From Nitrospinales bacterium (GTDB lineage: Bacteria > Nitrospinota > Nitrospinia > Nitrospinales > VA-1), in contig CBDCXL010000002.1 in NCBI GenBank assembly GCA_965223795.1, positions 2,816,001 to 2,880,000 on the forward strand: a stretch of 64,000 nucleotides of DNA, written 5' to 3'. The notes below the pieces were generated by a model that worked only from the letters and a program-made list of their open reading frames with translations, was not told where the DNA came from and did not search any database. The position numbers and the translations under genes are program-made. Shown in pieces: positions 1 through 10,783 of this stretch. Numbering within the stretch: position 1 is the stretch's first letter; each line of letters opens with the position of its first letter.

Positions 1-498
1 GGCAGGACCGTGGGCATCGTGGGCTGCGGCCATGTGGGATCCGAGGTGGTCCGCCTTCTGGCGCCGTTTCAATGCCGGGTGCTGGTGCGGGACATCCTGG
101 ACAAATCCGAATTCTGTAAAGAACATGGGGCGGAGCCGGTGGGCTTCGACGATCTGATCGCCCGTTCCGACCTAGTTTCCCTGCATGTGCCGCTCACCGA
201 GGCCACGCAGGGTATGATCGACCGCACGGTGATGGGCCGCATGCGCGACGGCGCGTTTCTCATCAACACCAGCCGCGGCGGCGTCGTCCGCGAGGACGAC
301 CTGAAAGCCGCTCTCAAGGCGGGAAACATTGCGGGCGCCGCGCTGGATGTGTTTGCCGAGGAGCCGCCGGAGGATGCGGAATTGTTGGGTCTGCCCAATC
401 TGATGGCGACGCCGCACATCGGCGGCAACACGGTGGAAGCGGTGGAGGCGATGGGACGTTCGGCGATCGCGCACCTTGTGGAGCATTTCCAGACATGA
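1..498 (+). CDS. D-isomer-specific 2-hydroxyacid dehydrogenase (phosphoglycerate dehydrogenase-like), 5'-truncated by window edge
   Basis: GRTVGIVGCGHVG NAD-binding motif, LHVPLT, INTSRG, ALDVFAEEP, TPHIGG. Confidence 0.9.
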   Translation, partial: GRTVGIVGCGHVGSEVVRLLAPFQCRVLVRDILDKSEFCKEHGAEPVGFDDLIARSDLVSLHVPLTEATQGMIDRTVMGRMRDGAFLINTSRGGVVREDDLKAALKAGNIAGAALDVFAEEPPEDAELLGLPNLMATPHIGGNTVEAVEAMGRSAIAHLVEHFQT

Positions 499-1271
499 AA
501 CGGATCGGGCTGGCGGTGTTTTTCGTCATCACTTTGAATGCTGTTGCGGCCGGGGCTGAGGCGCCTGAGCCTCTGAAATTGCTGGAAGAAAAAAAGCAAT
601 GGGAGGAGCGGCAGCTAAAGCGGCTTTCCCAGATGGTGCGCATTCCCGCTGGCGAATTCGTGATGGGATACGCCGATGGCAATAAAGATGAAGGGCCGCC
701 GCACACCGTGAAGGTGGATGCGTTCGACATCGACAAATTCGAAGTGACGCAGCTGGAATACCAGTCGGAGATGGGAAGCAACCCCAGTTACTTCGGCAAC
801 TGCCCGCTCTGCCCGGTGGAAAAGGTGACGCACACCCAGGCGGAGGACTATTGCGCCCGGCTCGGCAAACGGCTGCCGACGGAAGCGGAATGGGAGAAAG
901 CGGCGCGCGGCGGTCTGGAAACGGTCACTTACTGGGGCGGGGATTTCCCGACGGAGTTCGCCTGGTACGGCAACAATTCCGGCCGTAAAACCCATCCGGT
1001 GGGGGAGTTGAAGCCGAACCCCTACGGATTGCACGACATGGCGGGGAACGTGCAGGAATGGGTGCAGGACTGGTACGATCCCGATTATTATCAAAGCGCT
1101 CCAACGGACAATCCCAAAGGCCCGGCCACCGGCGCAACCAAAGTGCTGCGCGGCGGTGGATTCGGTCATGTCCCTGAACTATTGCGCCACACGCTGCGGG
1201 AGGATCAGGAGCCGCACACACGCTACATCACCGTCGGGTTCCGCTGCGCCGCGAACCCGAAACCTGAATAA
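495..1271 (+). CDS. Exported formylglycine-generating enzyme (FGE/SUMF1)-domain protein
   Basis: Signal peptide; F.MG, EVT, RLPTEAEWEKAARGG, NPYGLHDMAGNVQEW and GFRCA motifs; ATGA overlap with upstream stop. Confidence 0.9.
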   Translation: MKRIGLAVFFVITLNAVAAGAEAPEPLKLLEEKKQWEERQLKRLSQMVRIPAGEFVMGYADGNKDEGPPHTVKVDAFDIDKFEVTQLEYQSEMGSNPSYFGNCPLCPVEKVTHTQAEDYCARLGKRLPTEAEWEKAARGGLETVTYWGGDFPTEFAWYGNNSGRKTHPVGELKPNPYGLHDMAGNVQEWVQDWYDPDYYQSAPTDNPKGPATGATKVLRGGGFGHVPELLRHTLREDQEPHTRYITVGFRCAANPKPE

Positions 1272-1283
1272 TACGATGTCGAC

Positions 1284-1886
1284 GTGACTGAAGATTCCGG
1301 ATACACGCAGAAGGACTGGCAGGGGCACTACGATTCCGACGATCTGAAGTGGGACCTGGGAAAACCGGCGCCGCCGTTCATCGAATTCTGGGAGCAGACC
1401 CCTCCGGCACCGGGCGAGGCGATCGTTCCGGGCTGCGGCCGTGGCCACGAGGTGGTGTTTCTGCTGGAACGGGGGTTTCGCGTCACGGCGGTGGATTATG
1501 CGGCGGGAGCGGTGGAACGGCTCAGGCGGTCGCTCGATGATAAAGGTCTCGCCGCCGATGTATTGCAACATGATTTTTTTGAGCTGGATGCCAGCCACGA
1601 TCTCCGCTACGACCTGATGCTGGAGCACACGTTTTTCTGCGCCATTCATCCTTCGCGCCGCGGGCAGTATGTGGACACCGCCGCGCGAATCGTGAAACCG
1701 GGCGGTCTGCTCGTGGCGTTGTTCTACGAGACGGGGGAGGAAGGAGGGCCGCCGTTCAACACGCCTGAAAGCGAAGTGCGGCGGCATTTTTCCGAACGAT
1801 TTTTGATCGAGAGGCTGGAAAAATCGCTCAACTCGGATGAGCGGAGAAAAGACAAGGAATGGTTCGCGCTGCTGCGTAAAACCTGA
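1284..1886 (+). CDS. Thiopurine S-methyltransferase (TPMT)-family SAM methyltransferase
   Basis: WDLGKPAP, VPGCGRGHE, EHTFFCAIHP, GGPPF motifs. Confidence 0.85.
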   Translation: MTEDSGYTQKDWQGHYDSDDLKWDLGKPAPPFIEFWEQTPPAPGEAIVPGCGRGHEVVFLLERGFRVTAVDYAAGAVERLRRSLDDKGLAADVLQHDFFELDASHDLRYDLMLEHTFFCAIHPSRRGQYVDTAARIVKPGGLLVALFYETGEEGGPPFNTPESEVRRHFSERFLIERLEKSLNSDERRKDKEWFALLRKT

Positions 1887-1913
1887 GGCGGATTTTTCGC
1901 GATGATGCGCAGA

Positions 1914-1922
1914 TGGTATAAT
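1914..1922 (+). promoter_or_regulatory. Extended -10 promoter element (TGnTATAAT)
   Basis: TGGTATAAT about 70 nt upstream of the aminopeptidase P start. Confidence 0.5.
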
Positions 1923-1993
1923 TTTTTATCGCGCGCCCAAAGCGGCTCTCAGGCGGGAGGCGTTGTGGCTGGACAACTAAAAATGGACGGCGA

Positions 1994-3412
1994 ATGAAAA
2001 CGGTCAAAAAGAAAATCTATTCCGGCATATTCCGTGACGGCGGCGCGGGCGCGCAGGCCAAGCGGCGGTTCCGCGAGCGCCGAAAAAAACTGATGCAGCG
2101 CGAAAACAAGCTGATGGCCATCACGGGCGTCCCCTATGGCCCCGGCGGGGAGACGGTGTGGGCGTACGCGCACACGCCCACCTACCAGGAGCCCGCGATC
2201 ATGTACCTGACGGGCATCAACCAGACCAACGTGATCCTGCTGCTCGACCCGCATTCAAAAGAGTCCGACGAAATTCTGTTCGTGGACGAGAAGGACCCCA
2301 ATAACGAATTCTGGAACGGCATCCGCTTCGGCGTCGGCGACCCCAAGAGCGTCAAGGAAGTGCAGCGGGTGACGGGCATTCAGGATGTGCGGAACATTCT
2401 CGATTTCAAGATCGTTTTGGAGGAACGGTTTCGCAAGCAGAAAAAGAAGCAGCTTGGGACGCTGTGGATGGAGGGGACGCGCAACGGACGCAAAAAGATC
2501 ATACGCACCGACCACAACTGGGAGTTCAAGGCGCAGCTTTCGCGCTGGGTGCGGTCGTGGAATTCCGGCGGCGGCGAAGTCGTGAACATCATGAAAAACC
2601 ATTTCGACCTCCGGCTGCCGCTCGACAAGCTGGATGAGGCCAACACGAGAAAGGCCAACGAGATCACCGGCCGCGCGTTTCGCTCGACGCTGGCGAATTT
2701 CCATGAGTTTCACAACGAGGCGCAGGTGCAGGGGTATCTGGAAGGCCAGATGCTGATGAACTCTTCCTACGGGCTGAGCTTTCCTTCCATCGTGGCTTCG
2801 GGCCGCAACGCCACGGTGCTGCATTACATGAAAAACGACGACGATTTTTCCCGCCACGAGATGGTGCTCATCGATTTCGGGGTCCGCTGGATGACGATGC
2901 ACGCGGACATCTCACGCACCGTTCCCGCGTCCGGTAAGTTCAACCCGCTGCAGAAGATGCTGTATGAAATCGTTCTCAACGCACAGCTTTCCGTGCAGAA
3001 AATGGCCAGAATGGGCGTGACCATCGACGCGCTCAACGATCACTGTTGGGAGACGGTCAACGCCGGCCTGGAAACCATCTTCCACGCCGCGGGCGGCACG
3101 TGCAAGCTCCGGTACAAGGACCGGCCGCACGGCGTCAGCCACCTCATGGGGGAACAGGAACACGACGGCGATCCTTTCCGTAATTATTCCAAGCAGCCGA
3201 TGAAGCCGGGCTGGCTGATCAGCAACGAACCGGGTGTGTACGGCGAGTTCAAGATCAAGCTGGACGGCAAGACTTATGATGAGGAAATCGGCATCCGCAT
3301 CGAGGACAACCTGCTGATCACGGAGAAAGGCTGCCGCAATCTGTCGCGTTCGGTGCCGAAGTCGGTTGCGGAAATCGAAATGCTGATGGCGGGGCCTTCG
3401 CGGCGAAAGTAG
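1994..3412 (+). CDS. pepP: Xaa-Pro aminopeptidase (M24B family)
   Basis: Metal ligands in IDFG..ADISRT, HGVSH..HD, NEPG, GIRIEDN; AMP_N-like N-terminus (YLTGI). Confidence 0.85.
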   Translation: MKTVKKKIYSGIFRDGGAGAQAKRRFRERRKKLMQRENKLMAITGVPYGPGGETVWAYAHTPTYQEPAIMYLTGINQTNVILLLDPHSKESDEILFVDEKDPNNEFWNGIRFGVGDPKSVKEVQRVTGIQDVRNILDFKIVLEERFRKQKKKQLGTLWMEGTRNGRKKIIRTDHNWEFKAQLSRWVRSWNSGGGEVVNIMKNHFDLRLPLDKLDEANTRKANEITGRAFRSTLANFHEFHNEAQVQGYLEGQMLMNSSYGLSFPSIVASGRNATVLHYMKNDDDFSRHEMVLIDFGVRWMTMHADISRTVPASGKFNPLQKMLYEIVLNAQLSVQKMARMGVTIDALNDHCWETVNAGLETIFHAAGGTCKLRYKDRPHGVSHLMGEQEHDGDPFRNYSKQPMKPGWLISNEPGVYGEFKIKLDGKTYDEEIGIRIEDNLLITEKGCRNLSRSVPKSVAEIEMLMAGPSRRK

Positions 3413-3584
3413 GGGAGGACCGCCAGCCTGCGGGCTGGGGCGAGTTTGCTAAGAAGGGCAATGTTTCCTGGTTTCGGTTTGAACTCTTTCGCCGCCTCCA
3501 CCTCATAGGGCGGGTCGGACTCCAGCGGGCTTCTGCAAGAAGGATCTTCCCTGTGCGGGAGATGGCTGGGAGCAACGAGGTCTG

Positions 3585-4043
3585 TTATAATTCTTTGACC
3601 GCCGAAAGAACTTCGTCGACGTGTCCTTTCACCTTCACCTTGGGAAAAATTTTAGCGATTTTTCCCTCTTTGTCGATGATGAAAGTGCTGCGGACGATGC
3701 CCATGAACTTTTTCCCGTACATGCTTTTTTCCTGCCACACGCCGTACTTCTCCACGATTTTCTGATCGGTGTCCGCGATGAGGTCGAAAGGGAGGTCGTA
3801 TTTTTCGATGAACTTCTGGTGGCGTTCGGGCGGATCGATGCTGATCCCCAGCACGACCGTGTCCTTGAACTTTTTGTGACTGTCCCTGAAGTCGCAGGCC
3901 TCGGTCGTGCAGCCGGGTGTCATGTCCTTGGGATAAAAATACAGGACGACGTTTTTTTTGCCTTTGAACGAACTGAGCTTTATTTTCTTCGAATCCTGAT
4001 TCAACCCTGAAAAATCCGGAGCCTTGTTTCCTTCCTTCACCAT
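3585..4043 (-). CDS. bcp: Thioredoxin-dependent thiol peroxidase (Bcp/PrxQ)
   Basis: [28 protein letters not shown]. Confidence 0.95.
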   Translation of the reverse strand: MVKEGNKAPDFSGLNQDSKKIKLSSFKGKKNVVLYFYPKDMTPGCTTEACDFRDSHKKFKDTVVLGISIDPPERHQKFIEKYDLPFDLIADTDQKIVEKYGVWQEKSMYGKKFMGIVRSTFIIDKEGKIAKIFPKVKVKGHVDEVLSAVKEL

Positions 4044-4062
4044 AGTGCGCTAAGATTTCCTT

Positions 4063-4172
4063 TAGAAGATCGCTCGCCCAGTTTCGCCAGTAACGCCGAA
4101 GCCTTGTCGTTGACGGCTAGAAGATCACTCGCCCAGTTTCGCCAGCAACGCCGAAGCCTTGTCGTTGACGGC
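4063..4172. repeat. Tandem direct repeat, 2 x 55 bp, duplicating the 3' end of the adjacent gene
   Basis: 4063-4117 vs 4118-4172 differ at 2 positions. Confidence 0.95.
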
Positions 4173-4577
4173 CTTGACGCTATCGAGAATTTTTTTCGGC
4201 GGTGTCCGGTCCGGATTCATGTTGAAAATCAATCTTCCATCCCCGATCAGGCTCCGAATTTCATTGAACAGTTCGGGTCCCGGTTTTTTTCCGTTCTCGC
4301 ACATGTTCTCGAAAATCGTGATGGTGCGCCGCAGTTTCCCGTCTGCCTGCAATCCGATAACGGACTTGTCCTTGAGGCCGGGCGTCTTTTCCATGAATCC
4401 CCACAATCCTCCTTTGGTTTGAATCACGTCGAAGCTGCCAACCAGTTCCTTGCCGCCTTGAACGCACCTGTCGGCTGCGTGAACGGGAATGGCCCCCAGG
4501 AAAAGAAGGATCAGACCGGCAAATGCGAACATAACATAAGGGCGGGGGGTCCCGCGTAGGTGCGGATCAGTGAACAT
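4125..4577 (-). CDS. Hypothetical exported protein
   Basis: AGGA-type RBS before ATG at 4577; hydrophobic signal ending VHA-A; two Cys. Confidence 0.65.
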   Translation of the reverse strand: MFTDPHLRGTPRPYVMFAFAGLILLFLGAIPVHAADRCVQGGKELVGSFDVIQTKGGLWGFMEKTPGLKDKSVIGLQADGKLRRTITIFENMCENGKKPGPELFNEIRSLIGDGRLIFNMNPDRTPPKKILDSVKAVNDKASALLAKLGE

Positions 4578-4785
4578 GTTCCTTTCTCCTACTTTCAAGG
4601 TTGGGCCCTTTTGCTCAGGGCAACACTATTTGCAGTGTGGATATATTTTTTTGGAAGATATTCTCATTTAACAGCAACGGTAAAACAAAGTCAAACCTAA
4701 TATTTTTACAGGCGTTTTTTGCTGTGGGTGCAATGGAAGGTGGATGAAAAAGGGTGCCGGGGTTCGGGGAGAGGATAAGCGGGGA

Positions 4786-6408
4786 TCAAGGCATCCGCTT
4801 TTTATAGCTTTCTGAATTTCTTAAACTTTCAAATACCGGATCGGATTCGATGCGGGATTTCATGGACGGATTGATCTGAATGATTTTCTCGAGATTTTTC
4901 AGGCTTTCGTCTTCGTTGCCGTTTTTCACGTAAGCCTGGGCGAGCAGGAAACGGTGGGCCAGGATATTATCGTGGTTGGGATGAGCGATGAGCGCCCGTT
5001 CGAGGATGGATATCGCCCGGCCGTTGTTGCCGCTGTTGTAATAAGCCGTGGCGGTGTTCAGCAGGCTGTCCAGGTGGTCCGGGTCCATGCGGATCACCAT
5101 CGAATAGATGGCGATGGCGCGGTCGTACATTTTATAATGCGCGAAGATCTCTCCCTTGCGGTTCAGTGCCCGTGTGGGCTCGATGAAGATCTCGTCGGGG
5201 CTGTGAAGCACCGCCGGTTTCAGATCTTTGGAGAACTGTTTGAGCGTGATTTTGGCCAGGTTCCCGGGATCTCCGAGGGATTCGGCTTTTTCGTAAAATT
5301 CCCGTGCCTGATCCAGTTTTCCCTGAACGATCCGTATGTCCCCGAGCTCCTGATAGCCGCGCGCCTTTTTGGGCTTGTTTTCTCCGGCCAGTTCGATGAA
5401 ATGCCGGACGGCTTCCTCCGCCGCGTCCAGCCGCAACAGCAGGCTGCACATGCCGACATGGATTTCATTGATGTGGGCATCGTCCGGCTTGATGCGGGAC
5501 GCTGTCTGGATTTCGATGAAGGACAGTCCGTACTTGCCGGACTGGTAATAGGCTTTCGATTTGCTCAGATGGTACTCGTGGGGCTCGATTTTGAGCGGCA
5601 GTTTTTCGAGCGCGTTCTGGTTGACCAGTTTGAGCAGGCGGTTGGCGGATTTCACCTTGGGAGTTTCCAGCCTTGTTTCCAGCACGCGGAAGATATGGGT
5701 TTTGGCTTTCTCGGCTTTCCCCTGTGCGGCATAGAGGTAGGCGATCTCGTAATTGGCGTCGAGGTTGTTTTCATCCAGCGCGATCGTTTTTAAAAACGCC
5801 TGTTCGGCGTCCGCGATCCGGTTGAGATAATAGTAGTACATGCCCATATCCAGAGGATAGCGCGGATTTTTGGGGGCCAGCTCGTGCGCGGTGTTCAGGG
5901 CGTCGATGGCTTCTTCCATTTTTCCCAGCGCCGCAAGGGTGAGGGAAAATTCATAATGCGCTGGGGCGGATTGTGCATGCTGCTGGACCGCGATTTCGCA
6001 GCCCCGTTCCGAAAGCCGGCCTTTGCCCAGGTCGCGGTAGATCTGGCAGAACCCGTAATGCAGGGCAGGGTGCTGGCGGTCGATCGCATGCCCCTGAAGC
6101 AGGGATTTGAGTGCGTCCTTGTGCCTGCCCATTTCGTTGAGAACCAGGCCCGTCAGAATGTGGGCGGTGCTGTCGGATGAATTTTGCTTGGTTTTGTTCT
6201 CAAGAATCTGCAGGGCGTCCGCGGTTTTGTTTTCGCGCATCAGGTCGTGGACCTTGAGGTATTCGGGATCCCGGCTTTCTTCGTTCACGGAGAGGTCCCA
6301 GTGGGCGATGGATTTGTCCGGAAAGACCGCGTGCGCAGGCGAGGCAATGCAGATGCAGAGAATCCAGGACGCGATCGCGGCGGCGCGGGCGGTGTTCTGA
6401 TATTTCAT
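4786..6408 (-). CDS. Exported tetratricopeptide-repeat protein
   Basis: Signal peptide (AHA-V) and many TPR-like helical repeats. Confidence 0.85.
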   Translation of the reverse strand: MKYQNTARAAAIASWILCICIASPAHAVFPDKSIAHWDLSVNEESRDPEYLKVHDLMRENKTADALQILENKTKQNSSDSTAHILTGLVLNEMGRHKDALKSLLQGHAIDRQHPALHYGFCQIYRDLGKGRLSERGCEIAVQQHAQSAPAHYEFSLTLAALGKMEEAIDALNTAHELAPKNPRYPLDMGMYYYYLNRIADAEQAFLKTIALDENNLDANYEIAYLYAAQGKAEKAKTHIFRVLETRLETPKVKSANRLLKLVNQNALEKLPLKIEPHEYHLSKSKAYYQSGKYGLSFIEIQTASRIKPDDAHINEIHVGMCSLLLRLDAAEEAVRHFIELAGENKPKKARGYQELGDIRIVQGKLDQAREFYEKAESLGDPGNLAKITLKQFSKDLKPAVLHSPDEIFIEPTRALNRKGEIFAHYKMYDRAIAIYSMVIRMDPDHLDSLLNTATAYYNSGNNGRAISILERALIAHPNHDNILAHRFLLAQAYVKNGNEDESLKNLEKIIQINPSMKSRIESDPVFESLRNSESYKKRMP

Positions 6409-6430
6409 GATTCGACCTTGAGTTGAACGT

Positions 6431-6994
6431 TTATTGGGCGGCCTCGCGAACAGCGCGAACGGCGCGCCGGCCTTTTGATTTTTTGGAGCTGCTGAACCGG
6501 TCCCCGGTGTTGAACACCACGCCGAAGGCGTTGTAACGCCCGTTCGCCTGGTCGGCCCACAAGGACCCGCTGCCTTCGGGGGCGAAGATGGGATCCATGT
6601 GCAGGTTCATTTCACTGCCCATTTGGGCGCTGTTGTATTTGTCCGGATCGAACAGGGTCTTCAACTGCTCCACGGTCGGCACCTTCCAGTCGCGGTACTG
6701 GGAGAAGCCTTCCTCGTTGAGCTTCTTCACATATTCGAAAGCCTGGTACCAGTCCTTCCAGTGGCCGGTGTGCTGGTAGGAGTCCTGCTTCATCCACATC
6801 AGCCCGGTCCGGGTGTCGGTGATGGTCCCGTCGCCATGGTCGATGAAGCGTTTGTCGGCGGAAACCCGCGGGGTCTCCGGCGCCGGTTCCTGAATTGCCC
6901 ATACGGGCCAAACAAATGCGGTCAGAAAAACCAGCGCCAAAACAAAAAACATTCGCCGCCGGCCGATGGAAATTGTGTCCATTTCTCTATTCAT
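6431..6994 (-). CDS. DUF1566 (Lcl C-terminal)-domain exported protein
   Basis: RFIDHGDGTITDTRTGLMW, DWKVPTVEQL, VRAVR. Confidence 0.85.
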   Translation of the reverse strand: MNREMDTISIGRRRMFFVLALVFLTAFVWPVWAIQEPAPETPRVSADKRFIDHGDGTITDTRTGLMWMKQDSYQHTGHWKDWYQAFEYVKKLNEEGFSQYRDWKVPTVEQLKTLFDPDKYNSAQMGSEMNLHMDPIFAPEGSGSLWADQANGRYNAFGVVFNTGDRFSSSKKSKGRRAVRAVREAAQ

Positions 6995-7009
6995 ATTGCG
7001 TGCCTGGTT

Positions 7010-8452
7010 TCAGGATGCGCTGAGTTTTTCTTTCAGCAACTGGTTGACCAGAGCCGGGTTGGCCTGGCCTTTGCTGGCTTTCATGACCTGCCCGACGAAA
7101 TAGCCGAACAGTTTTTCCTTGCCGTTGCGATAGCCTTCCAACTGTTCCGGATTGGAATCCAGGACCTCGTCGATCCATTTTTCGATGGAGGAATTGTCGG
7201 TCACCTGGGTCAGTCCTTTTTCCTCGACGATGTCCGAGGCGGCTTTTCCGGTCTTCACCATGTCCTCGAACACGGTTTTGGCGATCTTGGCGCTGATGGT
7301 TCCCGATTCAATGAGCTTGAGCAGGCCGGTCAGCCCCTCCGGGTCCACGGGCGCGTGCTCGATTCCGCGGTCGCCGCTTTTCAGCTCACGCAGCAGCTCG
7401 CCCATGATCCAGTTGCTGATGAGCTTGGGTTTGTTCAACAGCGCGATGCAGCGCTCGAAATAATCCGCCAGCGGCTTCGATGCGGTCAACACGCCCGCGT
7501 CGTATTCGGGAATGCCGTATTCGGAAACGAAACGTCCGCGTTTCTGTTCCGGCAGTTCCGGAAGCGTCTTGCGGATGCGGTCGATCCAGGCGTCCTCGAC
7601 CACCACGTGCACCAGATCCGGTTCAGGAAAGTAGCGGTAGTCGTGCGCTTCCTCCTTGCTGCGCATGGAAAAGGTCACGCCCTTGTCGGCATCGTACAGG
7701 CGGGTCTTCTGAACCACCGCGTCGCCCTGTTCGAGGATCTTGGTCTGGCGTTCCACTTCGTGTTCGATGGCTTTCTGCACGAAGCGGAAAGAATTGAGGT
7801 TCTTCAGTTCGGTGCGCGTGCCGAACGCTTCCTGGCCCACCGGCCGCAGGGAGACGTTGGCGTCGCAGCGCAGGCTGCCTTCCTCCATGTTGCAGTCGCT
7901 GACTTCGGAGTATTCCAGAATCGCCTTGAGCTGGGTCAGGTATTCGCGCGCCTGTTCCGGAGTCCTGAGATCGGGCTCGCTCACGATCTCAACCAGCGGC
8001 ACGCCGGTGCGGTTGAAATCGACGTAGCTTTTGCCGGGGTTGCCCAGGTTCTCGCCATGGATCAGCTTGCCCGCGTCTTCTTCCATGTGGATGCGGGTGA
8101 GGCGGATGCGCTTTTGCTCGCCGTCGACGGTGATGTTGACATGCCCGTCCACGCCGATGGGCAGATCGTACTGGGAAATCTGGTAGCCTTTGGGGAGGTC
8201 GGGGTAGAAATAGTTTTTGCGGGCGAACTGGCTGTACGGCGTGATTTTGCAGCCGGTGGCCAGGCAGGCTTTGGCGGCGTACTCGACCGCCTGCCGGTTG
8301 AGCACGGGAAGCACTCCCGGCATTCCCAGACACACCGGGCAGGTGTTTTCATTGGCGGGACGCCCGAATTCCGTGGAGCAGGAACAAAAGATCTTCGTCC
8401 GGGTTTTGAGCTGGACGTGAACTTCCAGGCCGATGACGGTTTCGTACTTCAT
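7010..8452 (-). CDS. gatB: Asp/Glu-tRNA amidotransferase subunit B
   Basis: [45 protein letters not shown]. Confidence 0.98.
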   Translation of the reverse strand: MKYETVIGLEVHVQLKTRTKIFCSCSTEFGRPANENTCPVCLGMPGVLPVLNRQAVEYAAKACLATGCKITPYSQFARKNYFYPDLPKGYQISQYDLPIGVDGHVNITVDGEQKRIRLTRIHMEEDAGKLIHGENLGNPGKSYVDFNRTGVPLVEIVSEPDLRTPEQAREYLTQLKAILEYSEVSDCNMEEGSLRCDANVSLRPVGQEAFGTRTELKNLNSFRFVQKAIEHEVERQTKILEQGDAVVQKTRLYDADKGVTFSMRSKEEAHDYRYFPEPDLVHVVVEDAWIDRIRKTLPELPEQKRGRFVSEYGIPEYDAGVLTASKPLADYFERCIALLNKPKLISNWIMGELLRELKSGDRGIEHAPVDPEGLTGLLKLIESGTISAKIAKTVFEDMVKTGKAASDIVEEKGLTQVTDNSSIEKWIDEVLDSNPEQLEGYRNGKEKLFGYFVGQVMKASKGQANPALVNQLLKEKLSAS

Positions 8453-8584
8453 GAGTGGACAACCTGCGATTTTATCAGGGCAATCCGCGGCGCTTTTTGC
8501 TGGAAGGCACGGTCAACCTGGGGTGGGTCGGTGGTTTCTGGTTAACCGATTGTAATATCCCGCCAAAGTCCAGTCAACCCCCGG

Positions 8585-9325
8585 CTAGCGCAGGGTTTTG
8601 CCGCCATCGACCGGCAGAACGGTCCCCGTCACGAAGGAGGATTCGTCGCTGGCCAGGAACAGGCAGGCCCGCGCCACATCCTCCGGAGCGCCGAAGCGTC
8701 TGAGCGGATAGGTTTTCAGCAGCTCTTTTTCGCGGGTTTTGTCCTTGCGGATGTCCGCCGTCATATCGGTTTCGATCATTCCCGGACAGATGGCGTTGGA
8801 GCGGATTCCCCGCGGCCCGTATTCGATGGCGATGGAGCGGCTGAAATGGGTCAGGGCCCCTTTGGAGACGCTGTAAGCGGCGGTTCCGGGTGCGGATATG
8901 AGTCCCAGGATGGAGCTGATGTGCACGATGCTGCCCCGGTTGTTCTCCAGCATGACGGGGATGACCTTCTGCGTCAGCTTGTAAACGCTTCTCAGGTTGA
9001 GGTTCAGCATGTCGTCCCAATGCGCCTCGTCCATTTTCTCGAACGGGGCGGTGTCGAACATGCCGGCGTTGTTGATCAGGATGTCGATGCCGCCGAACTG
9101 CTTCACGGTCGTGTCCACCAGGTTTTGGATATCCTGATTGCGGGTGAGGTCGCCGTTCACGGCGTGGATGTTTCCTCCGATCTCCTTCACCGCTTCATTG
9201 AGCTTTTCCTTTCGCCTTCCGAATATGACCACATTGGCACCTTCCCGGCAAAAGAGCGAGGCGCAGCTGCGCCCCACGCCTGTCCCGCCGCCGGTGATGA
9301 TCGCAGTTTTATTTTTCAGTCTCAT
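8585..9325 (-). CDS. Short-chain dehydrogenase/reductase (FabG-like)
   Basis: TGGGTGVG, NNAG, YSVSK, VDGG. Confidence 0.93.
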   Translation of the reverse strand: MRLKNKTAIITGGGTGVGRSCASLFCREGANVVIFGRRKEKLNEAVKEIGGNIHAVNGDLTRNQDIQNLVDTTVKQFGGIDILINNAGMFDTAPFEKMDEAHWDDMLNLNLRSVYKLTQKVIPVMLENNRGSIVHISSILGLISAPGTAAYSVSKGALTHFSRSIAIEYGPRGIRSNAICPGMIETDMTADIRKDKTREKELLKTYPLRRFGAPEDVARACLFLASDESSFVTGTVLPVDGGKTLR

Positions 9326-9488
9326 CGCGTCCCCAGGATGTGTGCTCGCACAAAATAAATTGTATAATGTTAGGTTGAAGTCCGATGAAGTTGAATTTTC
9401 CGACAGGTTGCGCTGAAAATACTTGGATTTCCGTTCGTTGTCCGTTTTGGGCGCTTCCCCTCGGCGAAGCGACGAAAGGTGTTAACGC

Positions 9489-9737
9489 ATGACAGTGATG
9501 AAGGGCATTTATTATGGTTTTGGAGCCTTTATCGGCTTGGTGTGTGGCAGTGTCATCAATCTGATCTTTTTCTGGGTCGAAAAATCCGGAACTCCGTTTG
9601 CCGAAAACCTGGTGCGAAATTATGGCGCTTTGGGCAAGTATATACTGGAGTTGATCAACGCGCTCCCCTTTTTCGGAGCCGCGTTCGGGATCATTCTGGT
9701 CAAAGTGCTGTTCGGCAAAGAGCTGGAAAACAAATGA
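9489..9737 (+). CDS. Small hypothetical membrane protein (2 TM)
   Basis: Two hydrophobic segments; AAAGGTG RBS-like sequence upstream. Confidence 0.6.
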   Translation: MTVMKGIYYGFGAFIGLVCGSVINLIFFWVEKSGTPFAENLVRNYGALGKYILELINALPFFGAAFGIILVKVLFGKELENK

Positions 9738-9902
9738 TCGCTTCTCCGATGAGGGGTCCGGGGAGGAGCGAAAACGCCTTTAAAAGCGGTGCTTTCCTGG
9801 TTTCCGGCCAGGGGCTTCTCTGCATCAACAGCAAAAGGATCAGGACCACATTTAATGTTAAAATAGATTGTCGAATGTGCAAAGGGAAAACTGGTACCGC
9901 GG

Positions 9903-10109
9903 ATGGCGAAAAAATTCAATGAGAATCTGAAAAAAGCTCTGGGCAAGACTCAGGAAGCGGTGGAAATCTGCAAACAGGCCATGATCGACGCCAACGATGA
10001 AAGCTGCCGCGCCATGTACCAGGCGATCCTGAAAGATTGCGAAAAGCACATCAAGATGCTGGAAGAGGAAATCGACCTGCATAAAGTGCAGAAGAAGTGG
10101 GAAAAATGA
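9903..10109 (+). CDS. Small helical Cys-containing protein, half-ferritin-like
   Basis: 68 aa, directly abuts (TGAATG) the response regulator start; A.D..C..MY..I.KDCEKH pattern. Confidence 0.7.
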   Translation: MAKKFNENLKKALGKTQEAVEICKQAMIDANDESCRAMYQAILKDCEKHIKMLEEEIDLHKVQKKWEK

Positions 10110-10778
10110 ATGCGTATCCTGATCATTGAAGACGAAAAGAAAGTCGCGGGCTTCATCAAAAAAGGCCTGGAAGAGGAGACGTATGCGGTCGATGTGGCCT
10201 ATGATGGCGAAGAAGGCCTGTACATGGGGCAGCAGAGTCAATACGACCTCATCATCCTCGATCTGATGCTGCCGGTGATCGACGGGCTCGAAGTGCTGTC
10301 CCGTTTTCGAAAAGGCAAGATCGACACGCCGGTGCTGCTGCTGACGGCGAAGGATTCGGTGGAAGACAAGGTCACCGGCCTCAATACGGGCGCCGACGAT
10401 TACCTGACCAAGCCGTTCGCGTTTTCGGAACTGCTCGCCCGCATCCGCGTGCTTTTGCGCCGCGGCAAGGCGGAAACCAAGACCGTGCTGCAGATCGACG
10501 GACTGACGCTCGATCTGGTGAGCCACAAGGTCAAGCGCCACGGCGAGGAAATCGATTTGACCGGCAAGGAATACAGCCTGCTGGAGTACTTCATGCGGAA
10601 TCAGGGCAAGGTGCTCACGCGAACGATGATCGCCGAGCATGTGTGGGATTACAATTTTGACACGTTCACCAATGTGATCGACGTGTACGTCAACCACCTG
10701 CGCAAAAAAATCGATAAAAACTATCCTAAGAAACTCCTGCACACGCTGCGGGGCGTGGGGTATATCATGAAAGAATAG
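10110..10778 (+). CDS. OmpR-family response regulator, heavy-metal (CusR/CzcR) type
   Basis: DLIILDLMLP, GADDYLTKPF, VWDYNFDTFTNVIDVYV, HTLRGVGY. Confidence 0.93.
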   Translation: MRILIIEDEKKVAGFIKKGLEEETYAVDVAYDGEEGLYMGQQSQYDLIILDLMLPVIDGLEVLSRFRKGKIDTPVLLLTAKDSVEDKVTGLNTGADDYLTKPFAFSELLARIRVLLRRGKAETKTVLQIDGLTLDLVSHKVKRHGEEIDLTGKEYSLLEYFMRNQGKVLTRTMIAEHVWDYNFDTFTNVIDVYVNHLRKKIDKNYPKKLLHTLRGVGYIMKE

Positions 10779-10783
10779 GCGTC

